Positions 1-11,829 of a stretch of DNA of 58,254 bases are shown one piece after another. Position numbers and translations under genes: made by a program. Source of the stretch: Euprymna scolopes (taxonomy: Eukaryota); the NCBI GenBank assembly GCA_053919585.1, contig JBSSHM010000319.1. One strand, given 5' to 3'. A model generated the notes under the pieces. The model made no database searches. It was not told the DNA's origin and saw nothing but the letters and a program-made list of their open reading frames with translations. The first letter of the stretch is position 1; each line of letters starts with the position of its first letter.

Positions 1-284
1 TTACTGCCTCGTTGAGAAAGCTCATTAATTACTAATTTATCCGCTTTACAACTTGATAATGCAGATGAGTTAACAACATCTACTTCAACAGACTTGTTTA
101 TTTGAGTAGCAGGAACTTCTGATACCTTCTTACTAATCTTCTTAGCACTAATCTCCTCTCTAACTATGGGCGAGGCAACACTCGAATCATCAATAATCGC
201 TCTATCTTTCTCAAGATAAAAATCAGCAATCCCCATCTGAGAAAGACAATGCCGTTGAAAGTTGTTCCACTCTACTTGTGACAT
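1..284 (-). CDS. Partial CDS running off the window start; possibly the N-terminal linker of a family 4 uracil-DNA glycosylase-like protein
   Basis: ATG at 284 preceded by GAGGGA; reads open MSQVEWNNFQRHCLSQMGIADFYLEK... to the edge. The product guess rests only on the 'L..MGI..' start and the position after leuA. Confidence 0.4.
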   Translation of the reverse strand, partial: MSQVEWNNFQRHCLSQMGIADFYLEKDRAIIDDSSVASPIVREEISAKKISKKVSEVPATQINKSVEVDVVNSSALSSCKADKLVINELSQRGS

Positions 285-299
285 ATCCCTCAATAGCAT

Positions 300-1848
300 T
301 TATACCGTATCAGCTTTTTGTGGATGAAGTTTATTAATATCCTTCATCCGATTCAATGCATTAATGTAGGCTTTTGCTGAAGCAGTAATAATATCTGTAT
401 CATAAGCTTGACCATTCACAACAGCACCATTCAATTCAATACGCACTGCTACCTCACCTTGTGAATCTGTACCATCTGTCACATTGCTAACAGAATAAAG
501 CAATAAATTTACCCCTGATTGCACGATATTTTCAATTGCCTTAAATACCGCATCAACTGCACCATATCCTTCACTTTTATCTTCTTTTTCAACATCATCT
601 ACACGCATTTTAATCTGTGCATAAGGAAAAATTTCCAAAACTTAATTTTACATTCAATGATACTAATTGATAGGCATTCTCTCCAGTCATTTCATCTGAG
701 TCAGTACCACTAATTAATGCCTGTAAATCATCATCATACAATTCATGTTTACGATCGGCTAATGCTTTAAAATTATGAAAAAGCGTATTAAGTTGCTCAT
801 CACTTTCGATTGTATAGCCCAATTGTTCAATACGATCTTTTAATGCAGCTCTCCCTGAATGTTTACCCAATACTAAGCGATTTGATGTCCAGCCAACTGT
901 TTCTGCATCCATAATTTCATAAGTCTCACGAGATTTAAGCACACCTGCCTGATGAATACCTGACTCATGTGCGAAAGCATTTGCACCAACAATAGCCTTA
1001 TTCGGTTGCACAGGGAAACCAGTAATTCCAGCTACTAAACGGCTTGTTGGAACTAACTGTGTCGTATCTAAATCAACTTTCTTTTGAATGAAACTTTGAC
1101 GTGTACGGATAGCCATCACTATTTCTTCTAAAGCTGTATTTCCTGCTCGTTCACCAAGACCATTAATCGTACACTCAACTTGTCTAGCTCCGTTTTCAAT
1201 CGCTGCCATAGAATTGGCGACTGCTAACCCTAAATCGTTATGACAATGTGCTGAAAAAATTGCTTTATGACTATTTGGTACACGCTCAATCACCTGTTTA
1301 AAAATGTTACCAAATTCAGCAGGAAAAGTGTAACCAACAGTATCGGGGAGATTAATAGTTGTTGCACCTACTGCAATAGTCTGCTCAACAATCTGACATA
1401 AAAAATCAATATCCGAACGACCAGCATCCTCTGGAGAAAACTCAACATTATCAGTAAAATTACGTGCTAACTTTACTGCCTTAACAGCTTGCTCTAATAC
1501 TGCCTCTGGTGACATTCTCAATTTCATCTCCATATGAATAGGAGAGGTAGCAATAAAAGTGTGAATTCTTGGTTGAGCAGCATTGACCAACGCTTGTGCA
1601 GAACGCTCAATATCTTCCTTATTTGCACGTGATAAACTGCACACCTGCGACTCTTTCACCATATCAGCCACTGCCTTAACTGACTGAAAATCGCCCTCAC
1701 TAGCAATAGCAAATCCTGCTTCAATAACATCTACTTTCATTTTTTCCAATGCTGAAGCAATGCGTACTTTTTCATTCAAGGTCATTGATGCCCCTGGGCT
1801 TTGCTCACCATCTCGTAAAGTGGTATCAAATATATATACTTTATCCAT
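300..1848 (-). CDS. leuA: 2-isopropylmalate synthase, split by a one-base frameshift near 630
   Basis: [24 protein letters not shown] and AHESGIH motifs in 610..1848. The regulatory domain (GYGAVDA...[15 protein letters not shown]) is in 300..638. Removing one base from the 5-nt run near 627-631 joins them (GNF-PYAQI). Confidence 0.95.
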
Positions 1849-1970
1849 TGTTATAAACTATTAGAAATATTAATTGGTATAAGATATAAATATATTTTTA
1901 TATCTTTTTTAAGTTTGGAGAAAAGTGTGTTATTTACTATCAAGTTAAATCAAATTTTGGAAAATCCAAT

Positions 1971-2738
1971 TTAACTAACCTGATTATGAGTAACACCTCT
2001 TTTTTTTAGTTTTCTTTCTATGCGTCGCTGACGACGCAGCAGTAATGTATAGAAAATACCAAATAGAGAGTAAGCGAATGATACGATAAATAAAGCCAAT
2101 GCCGGTTGACTGACAATAACAGTAAAAACAAGCAACAAAGTTAAAAGACCGACAAAAGGAACCTTCCTCTTACCAAGATGTTTAATTCCCGGATAGCGAA
2201 TATTACTGACCATAAGCAAAGCAGAAATCACGCTAACACCCAATAATAACCAACTTACATAGGACTGGTGCATGGCATAAGTTTCTGCTAACCATACAAA
2301 ACTAAATACTATCATTGCTCCAGCTGGGCTAGGTAGTCCCTGAAAGTACATCTTTTTCTCCTTATCCCCAATCTGGGTATTAAAGCGAGAAAGACGCAAA
2401 GCTGTCATAGCGGTGAATACAAAAAACACCATTGAAGCATCATGATTTAAGTTAGCATAACTCCATTGCCACGCTAAAAATGCTGGTGCTACGCCAAAGG
2501 AGACCATATCACTCAAACTATCCAGCTGAGCACCAAAATCTGATGCACTATCAGTAAGTTTAGCGACTAGACCATCTAATACATCAAGTAAGCCAGCTAC
2601 TAATATAAAGATACAAGCCTGAACATATTGCTGTTGAGTACTTAATACGATAGCATACATCCCGCATGCTAATGCAGACAAGGTGAATAAATTAGGTAGC
2701 CAATAAATTCCTATGCGTCTTTTTTTTGCAACTTTCAT
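1971..2738 (-). CDS. pssA: CDP-diacylglycerol--serine O-phosphatidyltransferase
   Basis: LPNLFT start; CDP-alcohol phosphotransferase motif DVLDGLVAK...FGAQLDSLSDMVSFGVAPA; FQGLPSP. Confidence 0.9.
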   Translation of the reverse strand: MKVAKKRRIGIYWLPNLFTLSALACGMYAIVLSTQQQYVQACIFILVAGLLDVLDGLVAKLTDSASDFGAQLDSLSDMVSFGVAPAFLAWQWSYANLNHDASMVFFVFTAMTALRLSRFNTQIGDKEKKMYFQGLPSPAGAMIVFSFVWLAETYAMHQSYVSWLLLGVSVISALLMVSNIRYPGIKHLGKRKVPFVGLLTLLLVFTVIVSQPALALFIVSFAYSLFGIFYTLLLRRQRRIERKLKKRGVTHNQVS

Positions 2739-2806
2739 CAAATATCAAGAGTAAAATAAACTTAACAAGCTTAGACCACCTCAATTATAACGAATAAATA
2801 CCTCCA

Positions 2807-3985
2807 TTACCAAGAAAGCGAACCACTAGATTGATAATCCGTCACACGGTTCTCAAAAAAGTTTGCTTCTTTAGAGATATACATCATCTCTGACATCCAA
2901 GGCATGGTATCAACAGCATTAGGAAATTGGATGGGTATACCCAACATACGGCAGCGCTCATTAGCAACAAATTTTAAATACCCAATAATCATTTCTTCAT
3001 TAAGTCCAGGTAAACCAGTTGGAACCGTATCTTTCGCATAGGCTATTTCTAACTCAACTGTCTCATGTAACATACGTATGATAGTATTCTGTAATGCATC
3101 ATTCCAAATAGCTGAATTTTCATTACGAATTTGATTAATACAATCAATTCCAAAACTAAAGTGTACTGACTCATCACGCAATATATAGCGATACTGTGTA
3201 GCAATACCACTTAATAAATTTCGTCTACCTAAAGATAAAATTTGTGCAAACCCGGTATAAAACCATAATGATTCCATACACACATAAAGTGCAAACATGT
3301 TACATATAAACTTACGTTGATTCTCTAAGGTATCCACCACAAATTCACCATCCTCTAGTTCTTTGGTATGTTGCAAGGCCCAAGCAGCTTTATCATGAAC
3401 GGATGGAGCTTCCATATACATATTAAAAATCTCACCTTGATCAAGACTCAAACTCTCAACAATGTACTGAAAAGTATGCGTATGAATAGCCTCTTCAAAT
3501 GCTTGCCTTAACAAATACTGACGACACTCTGGGTTAGAGATGTGTCGATAAACAGAAAAAACAATATTATTGGCTACCAAAGATTCACTACTAGAAAAAA
3601 ATCCCAAATTACGTTTAATCATATGCCTTTCTGCTTCACTCAACGCACTACTACTACGCCATGTAGCAATATCACCGTGCATAGGCACCTCTGTTGGCAT
3701 CCAATGATTATTACAACCTGCAAGATATTTCTCCCATGCCCACTGATATTTGATTGGCACCAACTGATTAACATCTGCACGTGAATTAAGCATAGACTTA
3801 TCAGAAACTTTTACTCTTAGTTGAGTTGGGTCAACAGCTTCTTTCATCTTTGAATCCATAACTTGACTGGCTATATTTTCAGAAAATATTTGCTCAATTG
3901 CATGAGAACTAGACCCTAAACTATCTGAAAACTGGCCGCTAAGAAGCTGGTCTAAAGGATTATCTGAATTTTTAGATTCTGACAT
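2807..3985 (-). CDS. nrdB: Ribonucleotide reductase small subunit with class Ic-type residues
   Basis: HWMPTEV, EEAIH, RDESVH and [10 protein letters not shown] motifs; directly downstream of nrdA. Confidence 0.95.
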   Translation of the reverse strand: MSESKNSDNPLDQLLSGQFSDSLGSSSHAIEQIFSENIASQVMDSKMKEAVDPTQLRVKVSDKSMLNSRADVNQLVPIKYQWAWEKYLAGCNNHWMPTEVPMHGDIATWRSSSALSEAERHMIKRNLGFFSSSESLVANNIVFSVYRHISNPECRQYLLRQAFEEAIHTHTFQYIVESLSLDQGEIFNMYMEAPSVHDKAAWALQHTKELEDGEFVVDTLENQRKFICNMFALYVCMESLWFYTGFAQILSLGRRNLLSGIATQYRYILRDESVHFSFGIDCINQIRNENSAIWNDALQNTIIRMLHETVELEIAYAKDTVPTGLPGLNEEMIIGYLKFVANERCRMLGIPIQFPNAVDTMPWMSEMMYISKEANFFENRVTDYQSSGSLSW

Positions 3986-4012
3986 ATTAATACTCCTATA
4001 TAAGTTTTTTTA

Positions 4013-6937
4013 TTATTGACATGCTTCACAGTCTGGTTCTAAGATACTACAAACTTTTGTTTCGCTATGAGCATATCCATTTCCATTCTTACTTCCATTA
4101 AGATAAGAATCTTTATCAGTTTGATCAAAATTATTGCCATTTAGTTGAACAACACTTCCAGCATTATTACTAGCAGAAGCAATTGATGTTGCCCCTGTGG
4201 AACGTAAATAATAGGTGGTTTTAATCCCTTTCAACCATGCACTTTTATAGATAGCATCCAACTTTCTACCATCGGCTTCAGCGATAAAAAGATTCAAAGA
4301 CTGTGCTTGATCAAGCCATTTTTGACGACGTGAAGCTGCTTCAATTAGCCATTCATGTGGGATTTCAAATGCTGTCGCATAAATGTCTTTTATAGGCTGA
4401 GGAATACGCTCAATAGACTGAACTGACCCATTATAATATTTCAAATCATTAATCATTGCCTCATCCCACATATCTAATTTCTTTAACTCGGCAACCAAAT
4501 AACTATTAATACATAAAAAATCCCCTGACAAATTTGCTTTTGTAAAAAGATTCTGATACATCGGCTCAATAGAAGAAGACACTCCAACAATATTGGCTAT
4601 TGTTGCAGTAGGAGCAATTGCCATGGTATTAGAATTACGCATACCAATACTTTTAACACGAGAACGCAAATACTCCCAATCCAATACCATATCTTTATTC
4701 TGCTTTAACAAACCTTCTCTGGCTTTTTCCAGTAATTCAATGGAATCAATTGGCAATATTCCTTGGCTCCAAAGTGAACCTGGATAACTCTTATACGTTC
4801 CCTTTTCTTCTGCTAAATCTGTTGAAGCTTTGATTGTGTAATAGCTAATTGCCTCCATACTACGATCGGTAAATTCAACTGCTTTCTCACTGCCGTATGG
4901 AATGGATAATTTAAATAATGCATCATGAAAGCCCATTAATCCAAGTCCAACAGGGCGATGTAATCCATTTGAATAGGCTGCTTTATCAACACTATAGTAG
5001 TTATAGTCAATGACATTATCTAGCATACGCATAGCCGTATTGACCGTACTCTCAATTTTCTCTATATCTAATTTTCCTTTATCTGTGATATGTTGTACTA
5101 GGTTGACACTACCGAGATTACATACAGCAATTTCTTTATCATTCGTATTAAGAGTAATTTCTGTGCATAAATTTGATGAATGCACCACACCAATATGCTG
5201 TTGTGGAGAGCGAATATTACAAGGATCTTTAAATGTAATCCATGGATGCCCAGTTTCAAATAACATACCCAGCATTTTACGCCATAAATCAACAGCCTGA
5301 ATAGTACGACTACGTATTTTACCTTGCTTAGCTAATTCTTCATATTCCACATAACGTTTATCAAACTCTAAACCATATAAATCATGTAGATCAGCAACTT
5401 CATCAGGAGAAAATAATGTCCAGTGAGATTCCTTTGCAACACGCTTCATAAACAAATCTGGCACCCAGTTTGCCGTATTCATATCATGGGTACGACGGCG
5501 ATCATCACCTGTATTCTTGCGCAACTCCAAGAAGTCTTCTATATCCATGTGCCATGTTTCTAAATATGCACACACAGCCCCCTTACGCTTACCCCCCTGA
5601 TTCACAGCAACAGCCGTGTCATTAGCTACTTTTAAGAAAGGAACAACTCCTTGTGATTTTCCATTAGTACCCTTAATGTTCGCACCTAAAGCTCGTACTG
5701 GAGTCCAATCATTTCCTAGCCCCCCAGCAAATTTGGACAGCAATGCATTATCCTTTAGATTTTCATAAATGCTATTTAAATCATCTCCAACTGTTGTTAA
5801 ATAGCATGAAGAGAGTTGTGGTCTTAATGTCCCTGAGTTAAATAAGGTTGGAGTTGAACACATAAAGTCAAAATTTGACAGGACATTATAAAATTCGATT
5901 GCCCGTTGGGTTTTGTGCTTTTCATTAATTGCCAGTCCCATTGCTACACGCATAAAAAACGCCTGTGGCATCTCAAAGCGTCTTTCATCTTTATGTAAAA
6001 AATAACGATCATACAAGGTCTGAAATCCTAAGAATGTAAACTGAGTATCCCGATCTGTTTGTAATGCTTCTCCTAGCATGGCTAGATCATACTCCGTTTG
6101 CAAGCGTGAATCTAATAATTCATACTCCACCCCTTTATTGATGTAAGCAATGAAATAATCTGCATACACCTTTCTCATTTGCTCAGTGCTAATCTGTACT
6201 TCTCTATCTAGGACCTCTTTCAACGCAGAAGTACGTAAACTATCTAAAAGCAATCTTGCACAAACATAGCTATAATTTGGCTCTATTTCAACCAAAGGTC
6301 TAGTTGACATAATAACAATCGTGTTTAATTCACGAAGCGGTACATTTGGATAAAGATTCGCCACAGTTTCTTCAAAAATACGCTCTTTATCTACAAATTG
6401 AAGACCCTTGCATGCTTCTTCAATTGATGTATGAAGTTTTTCTGCCTCTAATGGTTTTGAACTTCCATCTGGATGTAAAACCATAAAATCCAAATGTTCC
6501 TGTTGCCTAATAGGAGCTTCACGTTGCCTACGTTCTTCCGCTCTACGCTCACGATACAATACAAAATTACGTGCTATCTCACGTTCCTCACTACGCATCA
6601 GTGCGAGTTCTACTTGGTCTTGAATATCCTCTATATGAATAGGACTACCAACTGACACACGACGAGCCACAGCATCAGAAACTTCTTTAGTCAACCTCTT
6701 AATGAGCTCTTGAACACTTTGAGAACCGGCAACTTCTTTGGATTTTGTAGCAATAAATGCCTTATCAATAGCCGTAGCAATCTTCTCTGCCCTAAACTCA
6801 GTAACTTCACCGTTACGACGTAATACTGTGTATCCCTTATACGGATTTTCTTGCTCTGTTGATACAGAAGTTAGATGTTGTAAAACAACTTGCGATGAAG
6901 CATTAAATTCACTTGTGATTTTAGATTGATCAGTCAT
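4013..6937 (-). CDS. nrdA: Ribonucleotide reductase large subunit with two N-terminal ATP-cone-like domains
   Basis: STPTLFNSG, QLSSC, SNLCTEI, AIAPTATI, KTTYYLR and C-terminal CEACQ. Confidence 0.97.
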   Translation of the reverse strand: MTDQSKITSEFNASSQVVLQHLTSVSTEQENPYKGYTVLRRNGEVTEFRAEKIATAIDKAFIATKSKEVAGSQSVQELIKRLTKEVSDAVARRVSVGSPIHIEDIQDQVELALMRSEEREIARNFVLYRERRAEERRQREAPIRQQEHLDFMVLHPDGSSKPLEAEKLHTSIEEACKGLQFVDKERIFEETVANLYPNVPLRELNTIVIMSTRPLVEIEPNYSYVCARLLLDSLRTSALKEVLDREVQISTEQMRKVYADYFIAYINKGVEYELLDSRLQTEYDLAMLGEALQTDRDTQFTFLGFQTLYDRYFLHKDERRFEMPQAFFMRVAMGLAINEKHKTQRAIEFYNVLSNFDFMCSTPTLFNSGTLRPQLSSCYLTTVGDDLNSIYENLKDNALLSKFAGGLGNDWTPVRALGANIKGTNGKSQGVVPFLKVANDTAVAVNQGGKRKGAVCAYLETWHMDIEDFLELRKNTGDDRRRTHDMNTANWVPDLFMKRVAKESHWTLFSPDEVADLHDLYGLEFDKRYVEYEELAKQGKIRSRTIQAVDLWRKMLGMLFETGHPWITFKDPCNIRSPQQHIGVVHSSNLCTEITLNTNDKEIAVCNLGSVNLVQHITDKGKLDIEKIESTVNTAMRMLDNVIDYNYYSVDKAAYSNGLHRPVGLGLMGFHDALFKLSIPYGSEKAVEFTDRSMEAISYYTIKASTDLAEEKGTYKSYPGSLWSQGILPIDSIELLEKAREGLLKQNKDMVLDWEYLRSRVKSIGMRNSNTMAIAPTATIANIVGVSSSIEPMYQNLFTKANLSGDFLCINSYLVAELKKLDMWDEAMINDLKYYNGSVQSIERIPQPIKDIYATAFEIPHEWLIEAASRRQKWLDQAQSLNLFIAEADGRKLDAIYKSAWLKGIKTTYYLRSTGATSIASASNNAGSVVQLNGNNFDQTDKDSYLNGSKNGNGYAHSETKVCSILEPDCEACQ

Positions 6938-7088
6938 AATGCATGCGTAGTTTATAGCTTATTCTAGAATAATAAATTCATAAAAAATCACACCAACTCA
7001 TAAAAAATTGTGTAAAAAATGTTTATAAGTGGTGTAAAAATCCAGTTAATTACTTGAAAATAAAGATTTTTAAGCAATATCTCTTAAA

Positions 7089-7136
7089 AAACTATATATT
7101 GTGGAAAAATGAGCACTCAAGCACAATATATAGCGT
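7089..7136. promoter_or_regulatory. Tandem NrdR boxes upstream of nrdA
   Basis: AAACTATATATTGTGG (7089-7104) and GCACAATATATAGCGT (7121-7136) fit the acaCwAtATaTwGtgt consensus and start 32 bp apart. Confidence 0.85.
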
Positions 7137-7374
7137 TAAAATATAACAAAAAAGCATGACAATTGCAAGCAAATGATTAAAAAATAACATGTATTTTTAA
7201 AGAAATTAAATGCTTGAAAAAAATCAACTCAAGATACAAATGAAACCCTAAAGAGAGCTTATTATCTAACACGCATTCCTTTTGATCTGGCTGAAGTAAA
7301 AAAAGGAGAATATAGCAAAGAATTGCTACCTAAGAGTGCTTTTTTATTTTGATAAAATTAGATAAGACCCTTGT

Positions 7375-8577
7375 CTATTCACAGGATAAATCTTGACATA
7401 AATCTTCTGGATTCTCTAGACCAATACAAAGCCGAATCAAATCATCACCGATTCCTGCCTCATCTCGCATTTGTTGCGTTAAACGATTATGGGTAGTTGT
7501 CGCAGAATGACAAATTGAACTTTTTACATCACCAAGATTAGCTGTACGAGAAAATAATTGACAGCGATCAATCACTTGCCAGGCCATCTCTTTTCCTCCC
7601 TCAACTTCAAAAGATAATAGCGAACCGTAAGCATGCATTTGCTCATCAACAATTTTCTTTTGTTGTGGACAATAGAATTTTGATGATGGATGATTAACCT
7701 TTTTTACCCAATCTTGCTTTTCTAACCACTCCACGACAGCAATAGCACTTTTGCTCTGCTCAATAATTCTCACAGGCAAGGTTTCAATACTTTTCAACAT
7801 AACCCATGCATTAAATGGACTTAAGGTAGGACCGGTAGTACGCATAGTACTAAAAATCTGATCTTTTAATTCTGTCTCGTTCATAACAATAGCACCACCT
7901 AAGCAACGTCCACCTCCATCAACGAATTTTGTCATTGAATGGATTACGATATCTGCACCAAAATCCATGGGCTTTTGTAAAATTGGTGTTGCCACACAAT
8001 TATCAACAATCAACAACGCCTTAGCTTGATGAGCCAATTTAGCTAAATCACTTATACTTTCTGCCTCAATTAATGGATTTGAAGGAGTTTCACAAAATAA
8101 AAATCGTGTATTTTCCCGTATGGCATTCTGCCATGTAGATAAACCATGTAATGGCACAAAATCCACATCAATTCCAAAACGAGTAACAATATCACGAAAC
8201 AATCCTACTGAGGTACCAAAAATATCACGTGAACACACAATATGATCCCCTTGCTTCAATAAAGATAAACATAAGGTCATAATCGCACTCATACCCGAAG
8301 CAGTAACCAATCCATAATTGGCATTTTCTAATGCTGCTATTCGTGTAGCTAGTGCATCAACAGTTGGGTTAGTGAAGCGTGAATATACATTGCCCAAACT
8401 AGGATTGGCAAATAAATCTGCTCCATGTTGAGCACTATCAAAGGCAAAACCTGATGTTAAAAAAAGTGCCTCTGAATGTTCCTTAAAATTTGAACGATAC
8501 GACCCTGCACGAATGGCAAGTGTCCGATCACTCCACGAGCGATTCGGTGATTTAGGAGATGATGAATGAGTCGACAT
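7375..8577 (-). CDS. metZ: O-succinylhomoserine sulfhydrylase
   Basis: EHSEALFLTS, YSRFTNPTV, ETPSNP and PLP lysine HSMTKFVDG; ATG at 8577 chosen as start. Confidence 0.88.
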   Translation of the reverse strand: MSTHSSSPKSPNRSWSDRTLAIRAGSYRSNFKEHSEALFLTSGFAFDSAQHGADLFANPSLGNVYSRFTNPTVDALATRIAALENANYGLVTASGMSAIMTLCLSLLKQGDHIVCSRDIFGTSVGLFRDIVTRFGIDVDFVPLHGLSTWQNAIRENTRFLFCETPSNPLIEAESISDLAKLAHQAKALLIVDNCVATPILQKPMDFGADIVIHSMTKFVDGGGRCLGGAIVMNETELKDQIFSTMRTTGPTLSPFNAWVMLKSIETLPVRIIEQSKSAIAVVEWLEKQDWVKKVNHPSSKFYCPQQKKIVDEQMHAYGSLLSFEVEGGKEMAWQVIDRCQLFSRTANLGDVKSSICHSATTTHNRLTQQMRDEAGIGDDLIRLCIGLENPEDLCQDLSCE

Positions 8578-8607
8578 AAAAAATAAGATAGACAAAATGA
8601 TACGATT

Positions 8608-11004
8608 TTACAGGGACTGATTGCACTGCCTTAGCCAAAATCCACCCCGATCTTGGCGATACTGCTTAATAGATTGCTTACCAATACTACCATCACCTAG
8701 ATGAATAGTCAGTGTCCCCCCACAAATTGTGCTATAAATGGGTACACCAATTTCATTATAACGCATCACTATTTTGCGATGAGGGTGCTTAAAATGGTTC
8801 TCAAAACCTGCTGAAACAATTGCCAGCTTGGGACGAACTTTCTCAATAAATGGTCGAGTGGATGAAGTTTGACTACCCTGATGAGGAACAAGCAATACAT
8901 CACTAGCTAAAGCATCAGCTTTCTTATTAACTAACCAACTTTCTGCCTCTTTTTCAATATCAGCTGTTAGCAACATACTTTCTCCATTCTCTGATATTAT
9001 TTTCACTACACAAGATTGATTGTTATCTTTTTTCTTTGTCGCTATCGCCGATGGATATTGCCATAATTGAAAACTAACCTTATCCCATTTCCACTGTCCC
9101 TGACAATTTTTCCAGTTTATATTTGTTGCATTAGGATATTTAGCAAGCACATATTCTGCTCCTCCATAATGATCCACATCATGATGACTAATAATCGTCC
9201 TATCTGCTTTCCTAAGATTTGCATTCATAAATGGATAGACAACAGTTCTCCCTAAACCTCGATTACCAAAATCATAAATTAGACTGTGATTAGTAGTAAA
9301 TACCACTACTGATAACCCTTGTCCCACATCTAACACATGTATCTGAGCATGACCAATAGGAATTGTTTGGGGGTAGGGATAAAGCAATGTCACTGTCGCT
9401 AACAAACATGCAAGACGCTTTTTCCAATCAATATTAGTGAAGAGAATAATCAATAGCACCGTTGTCATCATTGTGACAAAAATAGATAGGGATGGAAGTT
9501 GTATTCTAAGATCAAGCCATTGCACTGATGCAATCAGTATGCTGTTTATTTGAGTAAGTAGTAATCCAATTACCATAATCAAAAGGGAAAATATTGTTGG
9601 AAAAAAACTCAACAAAACAGCAATCATAATCATCGGAATAATGACAAACCCCACCACAGGGGTAATCAGTAAATTCGCAATAGGTGAAATAATTGAGGCA
9701 GTTTGAAAGAAAAATAGTAACAATGGGATTAAACATATCGTGATTGCCAACTGCAATCTAAACAATGTATACAGAGTCTGTCCAATTTTTCTAACCACTA
9801 ACCCCAAAGTATTAGGATTGACTGTACTTATGGTTGATAGGCGTAATCTTTTTCTCTCATAATCATTCCCCCTTATTAACATGATGATAATAGCCACTGA
9901 AACAAATGACAGCCAAAATCCTGTTGCATAAAATGAGCGAATATCAAATAACAATACTGCAATAAAAGCGAGCAATAAAATAACTAAATTGGGAATATAC
10001 CGCTTAACTATCAAGGAAAAAAAAGTTACCGCCAACATCACCAAAGCACGCTGAACAGGAATATCAAAACCTGACAATAATGAATATATTGTTGCCACCA
10101 ATAACCCTCCAAAAAACCAAATATAGGGAGCTGAAATTAAGCGACATAAAGAAACAGAACGCCTCCAAAACAAAGAAGCTAGCCAACCCATAAACAATGC
10201 AACTAAACTAATATGCAATCCAGAAATTGCCAGTAAGTGTGAAATGCCAGCATCACGAAAAGCATCCCATTGACCCTGCGAGAGAAAAGATTTATCTCCA
10301 ATCATCAATGCCATTAATAAAGCCTTAGCATCTTTAGGTATTTCTGCGGTATCAATACTTGTTCGTAAATAACTGCGCCATCGATCAATCAAATTTGACT
10401 GATGTTTTTCAACACGATAATTATGATAGACCTGTTTCTTAGTCGAGTTTAGTATATAAGCTCGACTATCAATATGATTAACAAATGCCCATTTTTCATA
10501 ATCAAAGCTACCAGAATTAGCATAAGAATGAATGGGTTTAAGCTTGAGCCACAAACGCCAATAATCACCTAGTTTAAGGGGGATAATATTAGTAGTATTT
10601 TTTCTATCAAATGATTGATACCATGCTACACGAATTTTACTTGGAAATCCTAGTGGAAGATTTTTTTCTTGGTGTTTATCTAGCCAAAATATTGGTTTAA
10701 TAGTGAAATACCACGCATTTTGTTGTCGTCGATATACAGGAAGACTCACTATCTCTGCTTGAATATGCCATTTCTGAGAGTGAAAAAGCAAATTTTTCTT
10801 TGTTGCAACACTTCTAAATGACTCATTAACCTCTTGCTGCTTCAATAGTACGGTATGCTGGTAAAGAAATAGCATTTTTATTAGCAAGTACAATACGGTT
10901 GCTACTAATACCAAAGCAAAAATATAGGGAGTAAAGTCAGCTAATTTTTTACGATGCAACATAGCAATGATAATCTCACCAAATTGGTTCATCTTAACAT
11001 CCAA
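8608..11004 (-). CDS. comEC: ComEC/Rec2 DNA internalisation competence protein
   Basis: HLLAISGLH competence motif; metallo-beta-lactamase DVGQG, SHHDVDH and PHQGS motifs; start uncertain. Confidence 0.92.
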   Translation of the reverse strand: MDVKMNQFGEIIIAMLHRKKLADFTPYIFALVLVATVLYLLIKMLFLYQHTVLLKQQEVNESFRSVATKKNLLFHSQKWHIQAEIVSLPVYRRQQNAWYFTIKPIFWLDKHQEKNLPLGFPSKIRVAWYQSFDRKNTTNIIPLKLGDYWRLWLKLKPIHSYANSGSFDYEKWAFVNHIDSRAYILNSTKKQVYHNYRVEKHQSNLIDRWRSYLRTSIDTAEIPKDAKALLMALMIGDKSFLSQGQWDAFRDAGISHLLAISGLHISLVALFMGWLASLFWRRSVSLCRLISAPYIWFFGGLLVATIYSLLSGFDIPVQRALVMLAVTFFSLIVKRYIPNLVILLLAFIAVLLFDIRSFYATGFWLSFVSVAIIIMLIRGNDYERKRLRLSTISTVNPNTLGLVVRKIGQTLYTLFRLQLAITICLIPLLLFFFQTASIISPIANLLITPVVGFVIIPMIMIAVLLSFFPTIFSLLIMVIGLLLTQINSILIASVQWLDLRIQLPSLSIFVTMMTTVLLIILFTNIDWKKRLACLLATVTLLYPYPQTIPIGHAQIHVLDVGQGLSVVVFTTNHSLIYDFGNRGLGRTVVYPFMNANLRKADRTIISHHDVDHYGGAEYVLAKYPNATNINWKNCQGQWKWDKVSFQLWQYPSAIATKKKDNNQSCVVKIISENGESMLLTADIEKEAESWLVNKKADALASDVLLVPHQGSQTSSTRPFIEKVRPKLAIVSAGFENHFKHPHRKIVMRYNEIGVPIYSTICGGTLTIHLGDGSIGKQSIKQYRQDRGGFWLRQCNQSL

Positions 11005-11230
11005 CTAGACACTGAAGCATATCTAATCAATACTCAATCACTAACCCATAGAAATAACCCACATAAATTTTCAATAATCTTTGCTACAACTATACTCTAC
11101 CTAACAAACAAATCAAGTAAATTTAATAAAAATTTCACCACATTAGCCTCTTCTATGCTTGGAAAAAAAACTTTTTTTCAGTATAGTTATTAAGGTGCAT
11201 AATAACACAGAGATTTATTCAAACTAGGAA

Positions 11231-11761
11231 GTGGAAAAAATAAAAAAAGTGACCCCATTTATCGACAAGTTAAACTCATATATTCCAACTCGAGATCAAC
11301 TATCAAACTATCGTAGCTTAAAATGGCTAATGCCTATCCTTAATCGGCGTCAGCTATGGCTAATCAAACGACGTAGTTTTGCTAATGCTATTTTTGTGGG
11401 TCTCTTTAGTGCTTTTACACCCTGGCCACTACAAATGATACAAGCTGCTCTGATGAGTACATTGTTCAACGCCAATATACCCATAGCTGTCTCCTTAGTA
11501 TGGATTACCAATCCAGTCACCATGGGACCAATGTTTTATGGAACCTATAAAATCGGGGCACTACTTCTAAACTTTAATGGTGAATTTCCTGAATTTGAAC
11601 TTTCTCTAGAATGGATGAATACCTCACTATCTTTGGTATGGAAGCCCCTGCTATTGGGTAGCTTTTTATGTGGTCTTGTTACAGCAACCATTTCATGGTT
11701 TTTATCACATCTACTGTGGTATAAAATGACTCTTAGAAAACGTCGTCAACAAAACACCTAA
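11231..11761 (+). CDS. DUF2062-family membrane protein
   Basis: GLFSAFTP.P.Q, ANIPIAV, WITNPVT..P; divergent from comEC. Confidence 0.8.
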   Translation: MEKIKKVTPFIDKLNSYIPTRDQLSNYRSLKWLMPILNRRQLWLIKRRSFANAIFVGLFSAFTPWPLQMIQAALMSTLFNANIPIAVSLVWITNPVTMGPMFYGTYKIGALLLNFNGEFPEFELSLEWMNTSLSLVWKPLLLGSFLCGLVTATISWFLSHLLWYKMTLRKRRQQNT

Positions 11762-11829
11762 CTATCAAAAACCCTCTCAATTCTCCAACCTTTTATATTC
11801 GATTCTATTTTAAAAATATTACCAAACCC

